Shown here piece by piece: positions 22,851-36,600 of a DNA stretch of 64,000 bases. A model generated the notes under the pieces. It was not told where the DNA came from and ran no database searches. It was given only the letters and a program-made list of their open reading frames with translations. Location: NCBI GenBank assembly GCA_051294375.1, contig CM119270.1:8357213-8421212 (forward strand), read 5' to 3'. A program made the position numbers and the translations under genes. Source of the stretch: Paraspadella gotoi. Taxonomy: Eukaryota; Animalia; Chaetognatha. Positions within the stretch are counted from its first letter, which is position 1. The number at the start of each line of letters is the position of its first letter.

Positions 22851-23627
22851 TAGACAGACAGACAGACAGCCAAACAGACAGCCAGACAGACAGACAGCCA
22901 GACAGACAGACAGACAGAGAAAGAACGCCAGCGTGACACGAGGGCTTTTCGCTCGGTCGTACCTGATATCGGATTGACAGGAAAAAAAAGCTAAGCTAAT
23001 GGAATCAAAAAAAAGAAAAAAGAAGAAAACCTCGTAAAACACGAAAACTAAAACTAAAAGAAAAAAAATTTAAAAATTGGGAGGAGAAACATTTGGATGC
23101 GATTTGAATCTTGCGTAGGGATTCGCTTCCAATAAAATGCTGATTTTGTGAAGGAAAGATAGAGAGCCAAAGTCTCTCGCTCGCTATATGTCTCTCGCTA
23201 TCTACGTCTTTCATTATTCTCTACAGATGTCTCTGTTTTTGTTTTATCTTGGATTGTATTGCTACTTTTTCCAACAGCAAATATGTGGATAAGGCGCTAT
23301 ATGGGCTGAAGATGACTATCCGTAAACTTTTATAACCCCCTCTAGCTGCCATAGAACGGGTCCTGGGCTTGGAACCAGGCATGAGGGTTTTCCACGCCCC
23401 CAAGGCGGCTTACGGCCGTCCTTACACTTCCCGCAGAGTACCTAGGGGTCATGAGCTGATGGCTTTACTCAATAAGCCAGCGGGTCACAACTGAAGGTGA
23501 CATGCTTAGAGGCGGGGTGAACTTTGTTATGCCCGACTACAAATATATAAAAAAAGTCATGGTTTGTTTACCCAAAACTAATATGTTTGAATTTTCTTTC
23601 ACAATTTTAAAACGTAAGAAGTCACAA

Positions 23628-23662
<35 letters not shown>

Positions 23663-26600
23663 NNNNNNNNNNNNNNNNNNNNNNNNNNNNNNNNNNNNNN
23701 NNNNNNNNNNNNNNNNNNNNNNNNNNNNNNNNNNNNNNNNNNNNNNNNNNNNNNNNNNNNNNNNNNNNNNNNNNNNNNNNNNNNNNNNNNNNNNNNNNNN
23801 NNNNNNNNNNNNNNNNNNNNNNNNNNNNNNNNNNNNNNNNNNNNNNNNNNNNNNNNNNNNNNNNNNNNNNNNNNNNNNNNNNNNNNNNNNNNNNNNNNNN
23901 NNNNNNNNNNNNNNNNNNNNNNNNNNNNNNNNNNNNNNNNNNNNNNNNNNNNNNNNNNNNNNNNNNNNNNNNNNNNNNNNNNNNNNNNNNNNNNNNNNNN
24001 NNNNNNNNNNNNNNNNNNNNNNNNNNNNNNNNNNNNNNNNNNNNNNNNNNNNNNNNNNNNNNNNNNNNNNNNNNNNNNNNNNNNNNNNNNNNNNNNNNNN
24101 NNNNNNNNNNNNNNNNNNNNNNNNNNNNNNNNNNNNNNNNNNNNNNNNNNNNNNNNNNNNNNNNNNNNNNNNNNNNNNNNNNNNNNNNNNNNNNNNNNNN
24201 NNNNNNNNNNNNNNNNNNNNNNNNNNNNNNNNNNNNNNNNNNNNNNNNNNNNNNNNNNNNNNNNNNNNNNNNNNNNNNNNNNNNNNNNNNNNNNNNNNNN
24301 NNNNNNNNNNNNNNNNNNNNNNNNNNNNNNNNNNNNNNNNNNNNNNNNNNNNNNNNNNNNNNNNNNNNNNNNNNNNNNNNNNNNNNNNNNNNNNNNNNNN
24401 NNNNNNNNNNNNNNNNNNNNNNNNNNNNNNNNNNNNNNNNNNNNNNNNNNNNNNNNNNNNNNNNNNNNNNNNNNNNNNNNNNNNNNNNNNNNNNNNNNNN
24501 NNNNNNNNNNNNNNNNNNNNNNNNNNNNNNNNNNNGAGAGAGAGAGAGAGAGAGAGAGAGTTAAGATTAAGAGAGGGAAACAAGAAATGAAAAAAATGTT
24601 ATTCCGACGAAAAATGAGAAAGTCAGAAAGTTATCGTTCGTGATGAACAAATCAAAATAAGTAATAAGAAAAATGTTAGGAAGGAAAAAATCGAAATAAG
24701 ATAAGAAGATGAAATTAATATAATATTGATATAAAAAAAAAACAAAGCGAATTAAGAGAGAAAAGTTTAAAGAGGCGAATAATACGGAGAAGCGGACGAT
24801 GAAAACGACGAAAACCTAAATAGTTATTAGTTAATGATTTGGTCTTTTCATGCCAATAATATAAAAGAAAAAACAAATTTTTTCTGGAAGTAACATAATA
24901 TTTATTTTTAAATAAGCACTGATCTTCAGAGACTTCTATCTCTCTCAAACTATTAACTACTAAATCTTCTGCCAAAATCATGACTCTGAAACAACTAAAT
25001 AGTTATTGTTGTTAGTTGTTACGGAAAATCGTAAAGGAATCAGTTCGAACTATTTTAAATTCAAGATGTAAACAAAAAAAATTTATGCGTGAAGAAATCC
25101 AAAAAAATCTTCCAAGCGCATAACGTTGAATAATTAACCAAGTAAGATTTTTAAATTCTTTCATTTTGGAAAAGTACAATAAATCATAATACGCTAAATC
25201 CATCTCGAGACGTGTTTTTTCTATTTTTTATTTCTACATTTTGAAAAACGATTCTTAAACAAATTTATGAAGGAAACAATTTATAAAATTTTCTTTTTTT
25301 TTTTTAATCTTTAAGAATTTTCTCGATCGGAGCCAAGAATATTAAGTCAACTCTGAGGAACTTTTAATTTTTTTAAATTTTTTTTAATTCTTGGTATCCT
25401 ATTATTTTTTTTTCGTTCATAATCGTATTCCTTCGTCTGATAAAAGTTTAGACAAAAAGATGAGAGACCGGTCTCTCTCTCTCTCTCTGTCTCTCTAAGT
25501 TTTGAAAGTGCAACATTTAATTGTTACTTATATCTTTGGTCTCATTCGCCAAAAGACTTGGCTCATTTTTTTTTCTCTCTCTCCTAATTTTCTCCTTTTC
25601 TTTTTCTCTCCTCTACATTTTCGTTTTACATTCACTCTTCCAAATATTTTTTTTCTCTTCCTTCCGATCAACTTCTCTGATTTTTATTAGCCAACTTTCT
25701 CCCATCATCCACATATATAGCGCCTTCTATTCGATTCTATCCTTTTCTAATCCTTGTTTCTCACATTTTAATTTTTTTTTTTCTGATTCACCCCAATCCT
25801 TTGCTCCTCCTCCTCCTCCTCCTCCTCCTCCTCCTCCGCCACTCTTATCTCCGTCTCCCTCAGTCTGTACAATTCCCGCCGCTTGAACGCTCTGATGGAA
25901 CTAAACTCGGCAAAAAATCGACGTTTTGCGAGGAACTTCTCTCTTCTTTACTCTTACTCCTCCATTTTCTCCTCCTCCTCTTCCTCTTTATATTTTCAGC
26001 CTAATTTTTTTTGTTTTCTTTTGTTTCTTTCTTTTTCCCGTTTTACCTTAAAAACCGTTTGATGGTCTCAAAAAATATATTTTATATTTTCTGAATAATC
26101 TTTAAAAGCCGCAACGAACAAAATATACAGAGTATCTCAAGAGTACTGTCACTTTACAAATAAACGATGTGTTACATTGGTATGGTAAATTATCAATAAG
26201 ATAGAACCGCCGGATAGATGAGTTCATACCGTTTTTTTGTTATCTCCATTATCAATTATTTTCATTTGCATTTTTATTGACAATATGATCAGTTCAAATG
26301 AGGGGTGATTTTTGTTTTAACAATCCATCAAAAAATTTAGGTGATATTAAATTTATATAGTTGTCATGCTTTTGATTAAAAAAATGATTATGAATGTTAC
26401 ATTTTAGTAGGCCATATTGTTTTTTTGTGTCCTTGCCTAAGAGGTTTGGAAATTAGGAATGATTGACGATAATGATAGTTGCTTTTAGAAGAGAAGATTC
26501 AAAGAACGATTCTTTAAGTTTACCTTCAGGAAACTGATAAACGCTGCAAATTTAGTATGCTATGATTCAGAATATTTTATACATCGCAAGAACCATTTTC

Positions 26601-26944
26601 CAGCCGACTTCCACTCATATTCATTGCCAATGTAATTGGCTGTCAAACCAGCTGGCACAAACTGTATATAAACTGTAAAATTCTCGAGTTTTATGGAGCA
26701 ATCAACAAGGCATATTATTTCGTAAATACTAAATGGTTCTTTCTTTCTCGTTCCCTACTTTTTCCTCCCTTATCTTTCTTCCACTCTCTTTCTATCCCTT
26801 TATCTCCCCTCTGGGCGCCAAAATTCAAATTAAATCTCTGTTCATGTGAGTTCCCGGGAAAAACGCGACGCGATCGAACTTCGTAATTAGTATTTTGTTT
26901 AAACGAAGAGGACGACGACGAATATAGTGACGACGAGGAGAGCA

Positions 26945-26975
<31 letters not shown>

Positions 26976-27307
26976 TCTTTTTTTTTCATTTTCAAGATAA
27001 CCCTTTTTTTTAATTTTATTTTTGTTTCAGTATCATGTTTTTCTTCATTTTAGAGTCAAAACATTAAATTATCAAGCAACTTAAAACTCGTTAAACTTCC
27101 TTCAAGATCTGTCTTGTTTTCTCTCTGTCTTTTCTTTCCTTCTTTCTAAGAAATGTAAAAAAAGATGATTGTAAATTAAAATAAGTAAAAGGAAACTGGC
27201 GAAGGATGAATGAAAAAATTTCCCTCATGGAGTTCTCGACAGGTTTGGGTCACTGAGACCTGGAACGTGTCACTGCGAAGGTATTAAGGCGAGGCAGAGG
27301 AAGGAGT

Positions 27308-27367
<60 letters not shown>

Positions 27368-27977
27368 GAGAGAGAGAGAGAGAGAGAAAGAGGGAGAGAG
27401 AGAGAATGGAATATTTTGTCATCGTGACCGAATCCCCCGTTTTCTCCCTGACGGTAAATCGTTTTATGGCATGACGACGACGACCCAGACGACGACGATG
27501 ATGACGATGATGATGACGATGACGACACCTATGATGATGACGATAACAGCGTCCTCGGCGAAGCAGCAGATGATAAATGATTAGGTGGAACAAGTGGAAG
27601 ACGACGACTAAGTCTAAGACGACGGCGTTTTCGATTCCAAGGCATAAGATCTGCCGGTTCGACCTCTAGCGACGACGAGGACCACGACGACGACCACGAC
27701 GACGACCACGACGACGTCGACGACGACGATTCGTTATCGTTCTCGCGAGACTTTGCCGTTGGTTTAGTGATGTTATTTTGCATGAATTTTGCAGTCGCGG
27801 TTTCTTTCCTTTCACGTTGCTCTCTGGCACGTATTACCTTTCCTCCTCACAACGCCTTTTCTTTTGAAAATATATGAACAACAAACGGCTAATGTTCATT
27901 ATTTAATATAATCTTGATGTTTCCAGCGGAAATATAAGCGGGGCTTCCCAGTTCTCACGCAATCCGCGAAAAGAAAG

Positions 27978-28560
27978 TATGAGTTGAGCACTCAAGAACA
28001 AAAAATTTATTTGAATGATCGAACAAGGATATTTAGATGTGAGTTATTATGATTAACTAGTACAAAAGTTATTTTGTTCATATTGTTTCGGGAACAGAAT
28101 AGTAAAATATAATATATTTGTAGTAATATTCTCATAAATAGTAAATTTTAAAAATAATTTTTTAAAAAGTTAAATAAAAAGTATAAAATATGTTATCAAA
28201 AATTCCGTCATCTTCAGCGTTTAAAATGAGAAAAAAGGTGAAAATTCATGACTTTTTTATTCTCTGTAGTAGAAACTTATATATGTTAAAACGTTTTAGT
28301 CATTTTTTGTAATTCAAACAGTAAAATATCATATAACATATTTTATAAAAGTTTCTTAGTTTTTTACGGCCCATCCAAATCTGTTCTTAAAAATAAAATA
28401 AAAATTATTTGGAAATTTAACTATTTTATGAGGATATTACTACATAAATAATTGAATTTACTATACTGTTATGCTAAAAAGATTTTTAAAAGGATTTAAA
28501 ATTCATTAATTACATGTCTATAGGCAGCAACAAAATAATGTTCAATCGCTCCACCCTCAT
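27978..28560. mobile_element. Second copy of the 1556-1870 MITE family
   Basis: Starts atgagttgagcactcaagaacaaaaaattt and ends gctccaccctcat; AT-rich non-coding interior. Confidence 0.55.
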
Positions 28561-29051
28561 GATTAATTTAATCCTCGAGACGCCATAACTTGATTTAATT
28601 CAATCCCGATGGTGGTTCTTCTGTTTGGTTCGGTTGGCCCATCAGCGCCGCTCTAGCGGAGAAACATTTCCGGTACAAAAGAAGACAACTAGAAATATAG
28701 ATGACCATGAGGTTCTTGCCAGACAGAAGACGACGACGACGACGACAAAATTACCAAGAAAAGATTTCGGTGATGATAATGATGATTATAAATGCCTCAC
28801 ACAGAAAAAAAAAAATATTAAAAAATCCACGTATTGATTACAATCTAATTAAGGTAAGCGTCGAGGTTAAAAACAACACTATGAGTTCCACAACTATCAT
28901 CACTCAGATGACAGACAAGATAATAAATAAATACTGGGAAGCAAAATAACTTTTTTTATTTTGTGTACCATTTTAGTTTGTTTTCTATTTCTTTATACTT
29001 TCGTATTATATCTCATTATGAAAAGTTTTTCTTTTCGTTGTATTATTAAAT

Positions 29052-29137
29052 TTAATTTGAGATAAAGACTAAGTCTTTTACAACAACGACAAAATTAGTT
29101 GTTGTTGTAAAAAGACTTCGTCTTTATCTCAAATTAA
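29052..29137. repeat. 86-bp near-perfect hairpin
   Basis: ttaatttgagataaagactaagtcttttacaacaac ... gttgttgtaaaaagacttcgtctttatctcaaattaa; arms about 36 bp with one mismatch and one bulge. Confidence 0.9.
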
Positions 29138-29569
29138 GTATTATACGGTATCTCATAAAAAAGGCTGGCCTTTTTGGGGAAACCTTATCTTTTCGTCTCT
29201 GGATCCGTTTGTTTCATTCTCTCTTTAACTCCCTCTCTATCCCTCTTTCTTTTCATCCGTCTCTCTCTCTCTCATCTATAATGTACGCATATTTGAGTAA
29301 ACTTCAGATTTTTGAAGAAATTCGTTAGCAATCTCATCCGTTATACTCTATGTCTTCTCTGAGTTTATCTTCTCTTACATTTAATTCTATTATTTTTCTT
29401 TTACCTTACTTCTCTCTGTTCCTCTCCTTACCATGTGCTCACCTGAAGACCCGACGGCGTGGCCGAGCGGATGACCCGTCGTGACCTTAACCTAACCTTT
29501 CCGACGAAAGAATTGACCCCACCCTTTTTTTTTTCTATTCCCTTATCTCTCTACCATTATCTTTCTTTC

Positions 29570-29600
<31 letters not shown>

Positions 29601-29684
29601 TTTTCTTTCTTTTCTTTCTTTCTTCTTTCCTTTCTTTCTTTCTTTCTCTACTTTCTTTCTCTTCTCTCTCTCTCTCTTTCTCTG

Positions 29685-29717
<33 letters not shown>

Positions 29718-31288
29718 CCCTCCCTCCCCTTCTTTCCCCCCATTCCGCCTTCCTTTACTTTTTTTTAGCCGAATCTTAGTTTCCCCAGGAAATGAACCCT
29801 TTTGGGAAGATTGAGTCCGGATGTCACCCGGACCGATAGAAGCGGATGTGCCTCCGGCCCTGCGGGTAAGTCAGGATAAGACCCCTGCCCGAACTCGCCC
29901 CCACCCAACCCGCTCCTCGAACTCAATTCCTATGCCTTACCTGTGCCAGTGGAAACACTCGAGAAAAATTACTCATTATAATCAATTGACTCGATATAAA
30001 TAAAAATTCTTTTTGCATTCAAAATTTTAAATTAAGGTTCATTTCTAAAAAAATCAAAATAAATGAGTATGAAATGCTGTCTAACAAGTAACAACAATCC
30101 ATGCGACTTAATGTGACTCTCCTCTATCATTAACTCTTTCCCTAGAATCCTAGATGCCTCATCACTCATCAGTCATCACCTCTACAAAATCTCCCCACAA
30201 ATCCTCAATCCACCGACCTCGCCAACCTTGCCCTGTCCACCTTGCCCACCTTGCCCACCATGTCCACATGCCACGGCGCACGCATATCCCCAGTCCCCGC
30301 TCTCGTTATCGGGCGGCGACTCGCGAAGACTAAGAAGAAGTTAAGTTTCGTGCGAGGGAGTGGAGNNNNNNNNNNNNNNNNNNNNNNNNNNNNNNNNNNN
30401 NNNNNNNNNNNNNNNNNNNNNNNNNNNNNNNNNNNNNNNNNNNNNNNNNNNNNNNNNNNNNNNNNNNNNNNNNNNNNNNNNNNNNNNNNNNNNNNNNNNN
30501 NNNNNNNNNNNNNNNNNNNNNNNNNNNNNNNNNNNNNNNNNNNNNNNNNNNNNNNNNNNNNNNNNNNNNNNNNNNNNNNNNNNNNNNNNNNNNNNNNNNG
30601 AGAGAGAGAGAGAGAGAAAGAGAGAGAGATAAAGTCATTCCATTAAGTTATATTCAATGACGTAAATAGAACTAGCAAGCTCACTGAAAGTCATGTCTTA
30701 TTTTTTTATTCGGCTTTAGCGTTTCAGGCGCTTGTCATTGTCGACGCTGATTATTATTGTGATTATTGTTTTATGCGGTCATCAATGTCATTATTATCAT
30801 TAAAGACTTTGGTTTGTTCTATTCTACCTGTATCTCCTATTTCAGTTATAAGCAAGCATGAGCATAATTTTTATTTTACTTTTGGAAACAAGGGTACATA
30901 ATATTTTCAGAGAAAACTAGGCATAAATAGATACTATAGTCTTTTTAGTGACTACCGATCAAGAATTTTCGATGTGGGTATTAAATATAAATAATTATAT
31001 TCTTTTTGTGTTTTACATTATCCTGATTCATCTTCTATTTTCTAAATAATTACGCCTTTTTTTTCGAATTCAACATGGTTGATTTAGTACAGACAATAAC
31101 ATCATACAAGACTAAGTCTAATGTCAGAAAAAACAGGATGATTAATTAAATAGAAGAAAAAGGAATTATTCCTTGAGAACAGTGTATTACGACAAATAAA
31201 TCTTGGTAACGAATTTTTTTACGTTTGTTAAACATAGTAAAGATGACCTGGTAACCAAAAAAGCTACGTATTGTTGGGGAAATAATGC

Positions 31289-31375
31289 AATAATAATAAT
31301 AATAATTAATAATAATTATAATATTATAATAAATAATAATGATAATAATAATAATAATAATTAATAATAATAATA

Positions 31376-31413
<38 letters not shown>

Positions 31414-31494
31414 TAATAATAATAATATAATAATTATAATAATAATAATGATAATAATAATAATGATAATAATAATAATAATAATAATATAATA

Positions 31495-31529
<35 letters not shown>

Positions 31530-31534
31530 TAATA

Positions 31535-31575
<41 letters not shown>

Positions 31576-31626
31576 TAATAATAATAATAATAATAATATA
31601 TAATATAATAATAATAAATAATAATA

Positions 31627-31657
<31 letters not shown>

Positions 31658-31710
31658 TAATAATAATAATAAATAATATAATGATAATAACAGTAATAAT
31701 AATAATAATA

Positions 31711-31751
<41 letters not shown>
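31289..31751. repeat. (AAT)n microsatellite, about 460 bp, inside the 3' coding end of the XK-related gene
   Basis: Direct reading; on the minus strand it begins exactly at ...CTT TTC CCC TAT TAT TAT. Confidence 0.95.
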
Positions 31752-31792
31752 GGGGAAAAGAAGTATTGAAGATGTTAAAAAAACAGCAAAAC

Positions 31793-33650
31793 CTATGACG
31801 TATGGTAATTCGCTAACAACAAAGCAGCTGGAAAAAAATGAAGAATGAATAGCAACCAATTGTTGTTTTCGTCATAATGTTCCTCGAATTGAAAAATTTC
31901 CTTGTCCAATAAATCAGAACATTGTAATGTAATAAGGTAGAATACTTCGTAAATCGGTGAGTAACTGTGGCCATGCGCTTCTGCGTTACGAGAGGCCATT
32001 TGTTTTCTCAAGAAACTGAACCATTCTTTATTAGCCCCGCTAATTTGGGTTTTTTCCATCGTTTGACCAACGAGCTGTTTAAAGATTAGATAAACTCCAG
32101 CGCTAACGATCAACGCTGCCGATTGAATGCATAAACGCCTCAAATTTGTCACTTTCTTTATTAATTTAGCTACTAAACTAACAATGGGCATTAAAACTAA
32201 GCCTATGAAACAAAACAGATACTCTTCGATAAAAATAACATTCAAAGCTTGAAAGATCATTGCAATATGATTTTGCCTGCTTGGTTGATCGCAGTTGCTT
32301 CTGGCAATAAACTTTAAGATGGTCTTTTTTCGTTTTTGGATATAACGTAGAACAAAGAGCAAAAGGATGGGTGAAATAACAAATAATAAACTTGCCAAAA
32401 TATGGAATTTCAACTCCCCAAAATTTGTTAACATTTTTTCGAAAAACAACCAAATCATGAGAAAGGGAACAATAGCCGTCAAATGGGATACAAGCAATCT
32501 GTACTGATACATTAAATACTGATAAAGAATTATTTTATTTGTAATATCAGCAACTGACAACGTCGTGACATTCAAATCCATTACTTTTTTATGTATGAAA
32601 AAATTAGAGCCAAATGAACGATGATTCTTCAAGAACAACAAATTTTCTAGCAGCAGAGAGTAATACAAGTTTTGGTACAATATGACGACTATACTAAAAA
32701 AGTAAACAAACGCGGGCAAATATTCAATAAATACTTTATTCAAAAGCAGAAAAAGAGCATTTTTAAAAATTCCCAATAAAAATTCTGCCAGCAAAAGAAT
32801 AAAAATAACTATATAGTGGCAGTTTAAAATGTAATAATTTCCATATTGCATGATCATTCGGGAGCTTCGTCCTTGAATCTTAAGTTTCTTTTTGCAATTT
32901 TCATGACTTTGAACAATATGATCTTTGTACTTTAATGTTTTCCACCTATCATTCATCTGCCTGCTGAGTTCAAAGCACAAAATCTCTTGAAAATCAAAGC
33001 AAAAGTCAAACTTTGCTTCAGGATCATTCTTAATTTTAATTTTCCCAGATTCACTAATATTTGTCCAATTTTTTTTTTTGTTGTAATAGGCGCGTTTAAA
33101 TTTATAGTAAAACATTATATTTGGGGTTGTGTGCTGTAAATTCTGAGGCTCATTGAGGTTATTCAAATATTTGAGCGCATGTTCCTTTTTTAGGTTGAAC
33201 ATGAGAGAAAAAAGCCATACGGTTAAAAAAATCTGCAACAAGATGTGCCGAAAGGATTGTGTGCGATGAAAACTATTTTCTTTTTGTTTTTTATCATTAT
33301 TCCGCCTGGGTTTAAAAATATGCTGAAGTATAGTTTTCAATTCTCCCCCAGTGAAAATCCCAAATAAAATCAACGGAGTTAGAAAAAAGAAAATGTATCC
33401 GAAATTAATGGCGGCGATGAAAAGTATTAACATACTCACGGATATCTGCAGCATGCCTTGAAACAATCCGATCCAACGCCACAACATAAAAATCGCAGTA
33501 AAAGCATTTGAACGGAAATGGTGAGGTTCGAGAACTTCCCTCGTTCGATAGTCAATTCCAGTCTGTACCAAACTGAAGCTTGACAAAACAATCGAGACCA
33601 GGTGGAAGGCGTTGTTCAGTTTCCAGTGACATTTCGAGTAAGTATTGCTT
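31793..33650 (-). CDS. Large open exon segment (>600 codons) of the XK-related membrane protein
   Basis: The only long non-repetitive ORF in the window (track 31793..33586, open upstream to about 33650: ASNTYSKCHWKLNNAFHLVSIVL). Multiple apparent transmembrane stretches. Confidence 0.8.
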
Positions 33651-36600
33651 GCCCTTTTTTTTCAAATGTACAACTTTAACGTTTTGGGTATAATTATAAA
33701 CACAAGAAGTGGCTATGATTTAAGACGGAGATTGGTAAAAACAATGAAGAGTTTTTAAGAGATAGCTATGCCTAATGTACAAACCGGCAACTGTAAATCA
33801 GTTTGTACGTTAGGCGTGTATCTCACCAATTTTGGGTGTTAAAATTATTAGTTATTAAGTAAAAAAATTTAAAAATATAGTAAATAGTAAATAAATCGTT
33901 GTTGAATACATTTCAAACTCTTTTCTCAACACAAAACGCAACGAAAAGAAAGTATATCAGAATAATATTTACGTAATGGTAACGTCATCCTAATGTTGGG
34001 CATTTGAAAAAAAAAACATACAAAAGAGAGGAACAAAAGCATGATTCCTTTGTTCTCGTCAAACTTCCGTTGATTCCCATTCGAAACAAAAAGCCCTCAT
34101 AATACTGATTCTTGTCTACGCAAGACGTGTGCGTCAAACAAATTTCCTCTGTTTCACTCGTCCAACTCAGAACAGTTGCGGATGTTTGGACAATTAGTTG
34201 AGGAGAGGATTCAAACACCATCTGTGAAAAATGAGTATGGCAAAATACGCAAAATACGCATTAGTCAAATTTAAAACTGTAAAACTAGAAAATAGATTTT
34301 GAGGTTAACCGTTAAGCTAGTAGTTTTTGAAACATATTGTTTTGGCAGATAAAAGCAATTAGCATTAAATACTTATCATAAAAATATTTTTTAAAAAAGT
34401 AAATTTAATACTTATGGAAATATTGTCAACTTTTATTATTAAAGATTTTTAAATATTAAAATATTTATATATATGTATTAAAATTATGCAATTTTCTTAC
34501 CTGAATTAGTTTGAGCCTGAAGGCCAAATCATCTTTTATTTTCATTCTATTTTTATATTCTTCTTCAACGGGTTGCTCGCCCTCCATGATGGATAGTAAT
34601 TAACGGATTCATAGCCAATAACTGATTATAGAATCTGAAATCAAAAGACTCTTTGGATTTACTCAGAAGCCCCTTTGAGCCTGGTGCCCGCGTCGCAATT
34701 AAGAGGGTCGAGCTGGTTCACCCGCTTGTAGCATGATGCTCATCTGAAGCTCATTTATTAATTATTTCATAAAAAAATTTGGTGAGTAAAGCATAGTGAA
34801 TATTGATATATAAAAAATTGTTTTTTAATTTATGTTATACATAGAAAATCAAAATTTTAAAAAAGGTTTCGAATCGAATCCCTCATAAAAAAGTTGATAA
34901 AAGAAAATATAAGTCTTCAATCAAAAATTCTTTCATTAAGTAAGCTAAAAATTAAAAAACTATATTTTTATCCTCAAATTTAATTTTAGGTTAATTATAA
35001 TAGGTTTTTTTTGAATTTTGACCACTTTAATGAAATAAGTTATATTTCTTTTTATCAAACTTTTCTTGAGGAACATTTAAAAATGTTTTACAGGGTACAG
35101 AGCCTGTTCAATGATCTACTATTAGAATTGATTCGCCTTGATTTTAATATTTTTGCTACGGCGCTTTATTAGTGAGACCTCTCCAAAAAAATAGCGGCAA
35201 AAACAACACAGCAAACTTTCGGGGCGATATGCCATAACTTGGCGATGGCACTTTTTGCATATTTTTACTGAGGAGATTCTCCTACCAAAGAACACTAGAA
35301 TTCGCGCCCGCTTATTCACACATAAGAAAAAGGGCGGGCGTCTAACAACTCTGTAGTTACTATACTACAGTCCGTGTGTAAAAACGAAAAGGTGAACTTC
35401 TCGCGTATTGTATAGTATAGTATTCTGGGCTAAATTTAACACAAATGTTTCTCATCGGTTATTGGCCGAACGCAGGTCATTCAGCTCCGGAGGTCGGGTT
35501 GTTTCGCATTTAAGTGGATGGCGCAGGTTAATCCGCAGTAGTCTAACTGGGTGACCGATGCTAAGAGGCTGGTCATATTTTGAAGGTTTAAAATTATTAA
35601 GTCAGCAGTTTGGCTTTAAAATGGGGCAAAACTGAAGAGATATGGAGAAATAGATTTCATGATACTTATTCTATTCTAACACTATGAAAAAATGTAATTT
35701 GATATTCATTAAATCCGTATTTTACTGCATCTTTTGAGATAGCGTCCGATATCCGACGCACGGCGCCGGCCGAGGGCCGACGGCGTGGCCCACGCCGCCG
35801 TCGACGCCACCGACGCCGGGGTTTTTCGTCGAACGAGGAAGAGAGGAGAGATCGACGGATGAACAAGAGGCCGTGATAGGGCGGAAATGAGGTTGTGAAA
35901 GAGGAAGAGGCTCGTGAGGAGTCCTCCTATGATCTGAGAGATTGAGGGAAGGGTTGAGGAGGTGGAGGGTAAGTGCCATGGGTGGTGGGAAAAAGGAGAT
36001 AGTAAGGGAAGAGAGGAGAACGGGTTAGTAAGGAAAAACGAAAGATTCAAAAAGAAAGGTAGGTGGGGGAAAAGAAATTAAATTTCACAAGGTGATCACA
36101 CCACAACCCCGCAGCTAGAAAAAAAATTGTTATTTTGCAAACGCTTTGAAGTTTTTTTAATCTGAAAGATTTTTTTTTTTTCTAGTAAAAAACCAAAAGT
36201 CCATTTTTGATATTCATATTGAATTGGATACTGATTTTGACTTGGCAAATTGAGCGGAGAAAAGTTGCCTTAAAAATCGTCTTCATTGTAAAAACTCAAA
36301 TTTGGTTTCTTTAATCTTTTTAATTTAACTTTCAAAACATTTATATTTTATATAAGGATATATTAATATTTCTCGAAAATATGAAAGAAATGGCATAATT
36401 AAAAATACTGTAATATCAAAATAGCCCTATTCACATTAGTTTTTGAATAAATTCTTGTTGATTTATCAGCTGAATAGTATATCAAGTATAATCAACAAGA
36501 TTTATCAAACTATATTCTTGTTTTTAAATTAAACATTGCTAAAAGCAGGTTTGGACACTAATTATCAAACTTACTAATTAAGCCATTTTAGTTTTAGTCT

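Larger units (their letters stand above)
31146..34634 (-). pseudogene. XK-related (XKR/CED-8 scramblase family) multi-pass membrane protein gene, disabled as assembled
   Basis: Exons 34634-34501 (ttcag/gtaag), 34221-34022 (cacag/gtatgt) and 33771 onward (attag). The splice gives DDLAFRLKLIQ|MVFESSPQLIVQ, matching the XK motif D...LRL.E.FLESAPQL.LQ. FHLVSIVLSSFSLV and many hydrophobic segments follow. Disablements: frameshift or stop in the first exon, TAA at 33722-33720, A8 slip at 33655-33662, T7 slip at 31832-31838. Confidence 0.65.

Noticed and set aside
23502-24590. Long ORFs spanning N-runs (also 3050-3901, 4462-4855, 30242-30646)
   Set aside because: Open only because Ns contain no stops.
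25521-26004. Poly-Pro/poly-Leu ORFs
   Set aside because: Driven by a (CCT)n repeat in pyrimidine-rich sequence.
29450-29490. tRNA-like start gacggcgtggccgagcgg
   Set aside because: A-box only; no B-box or cloverleaf follows.
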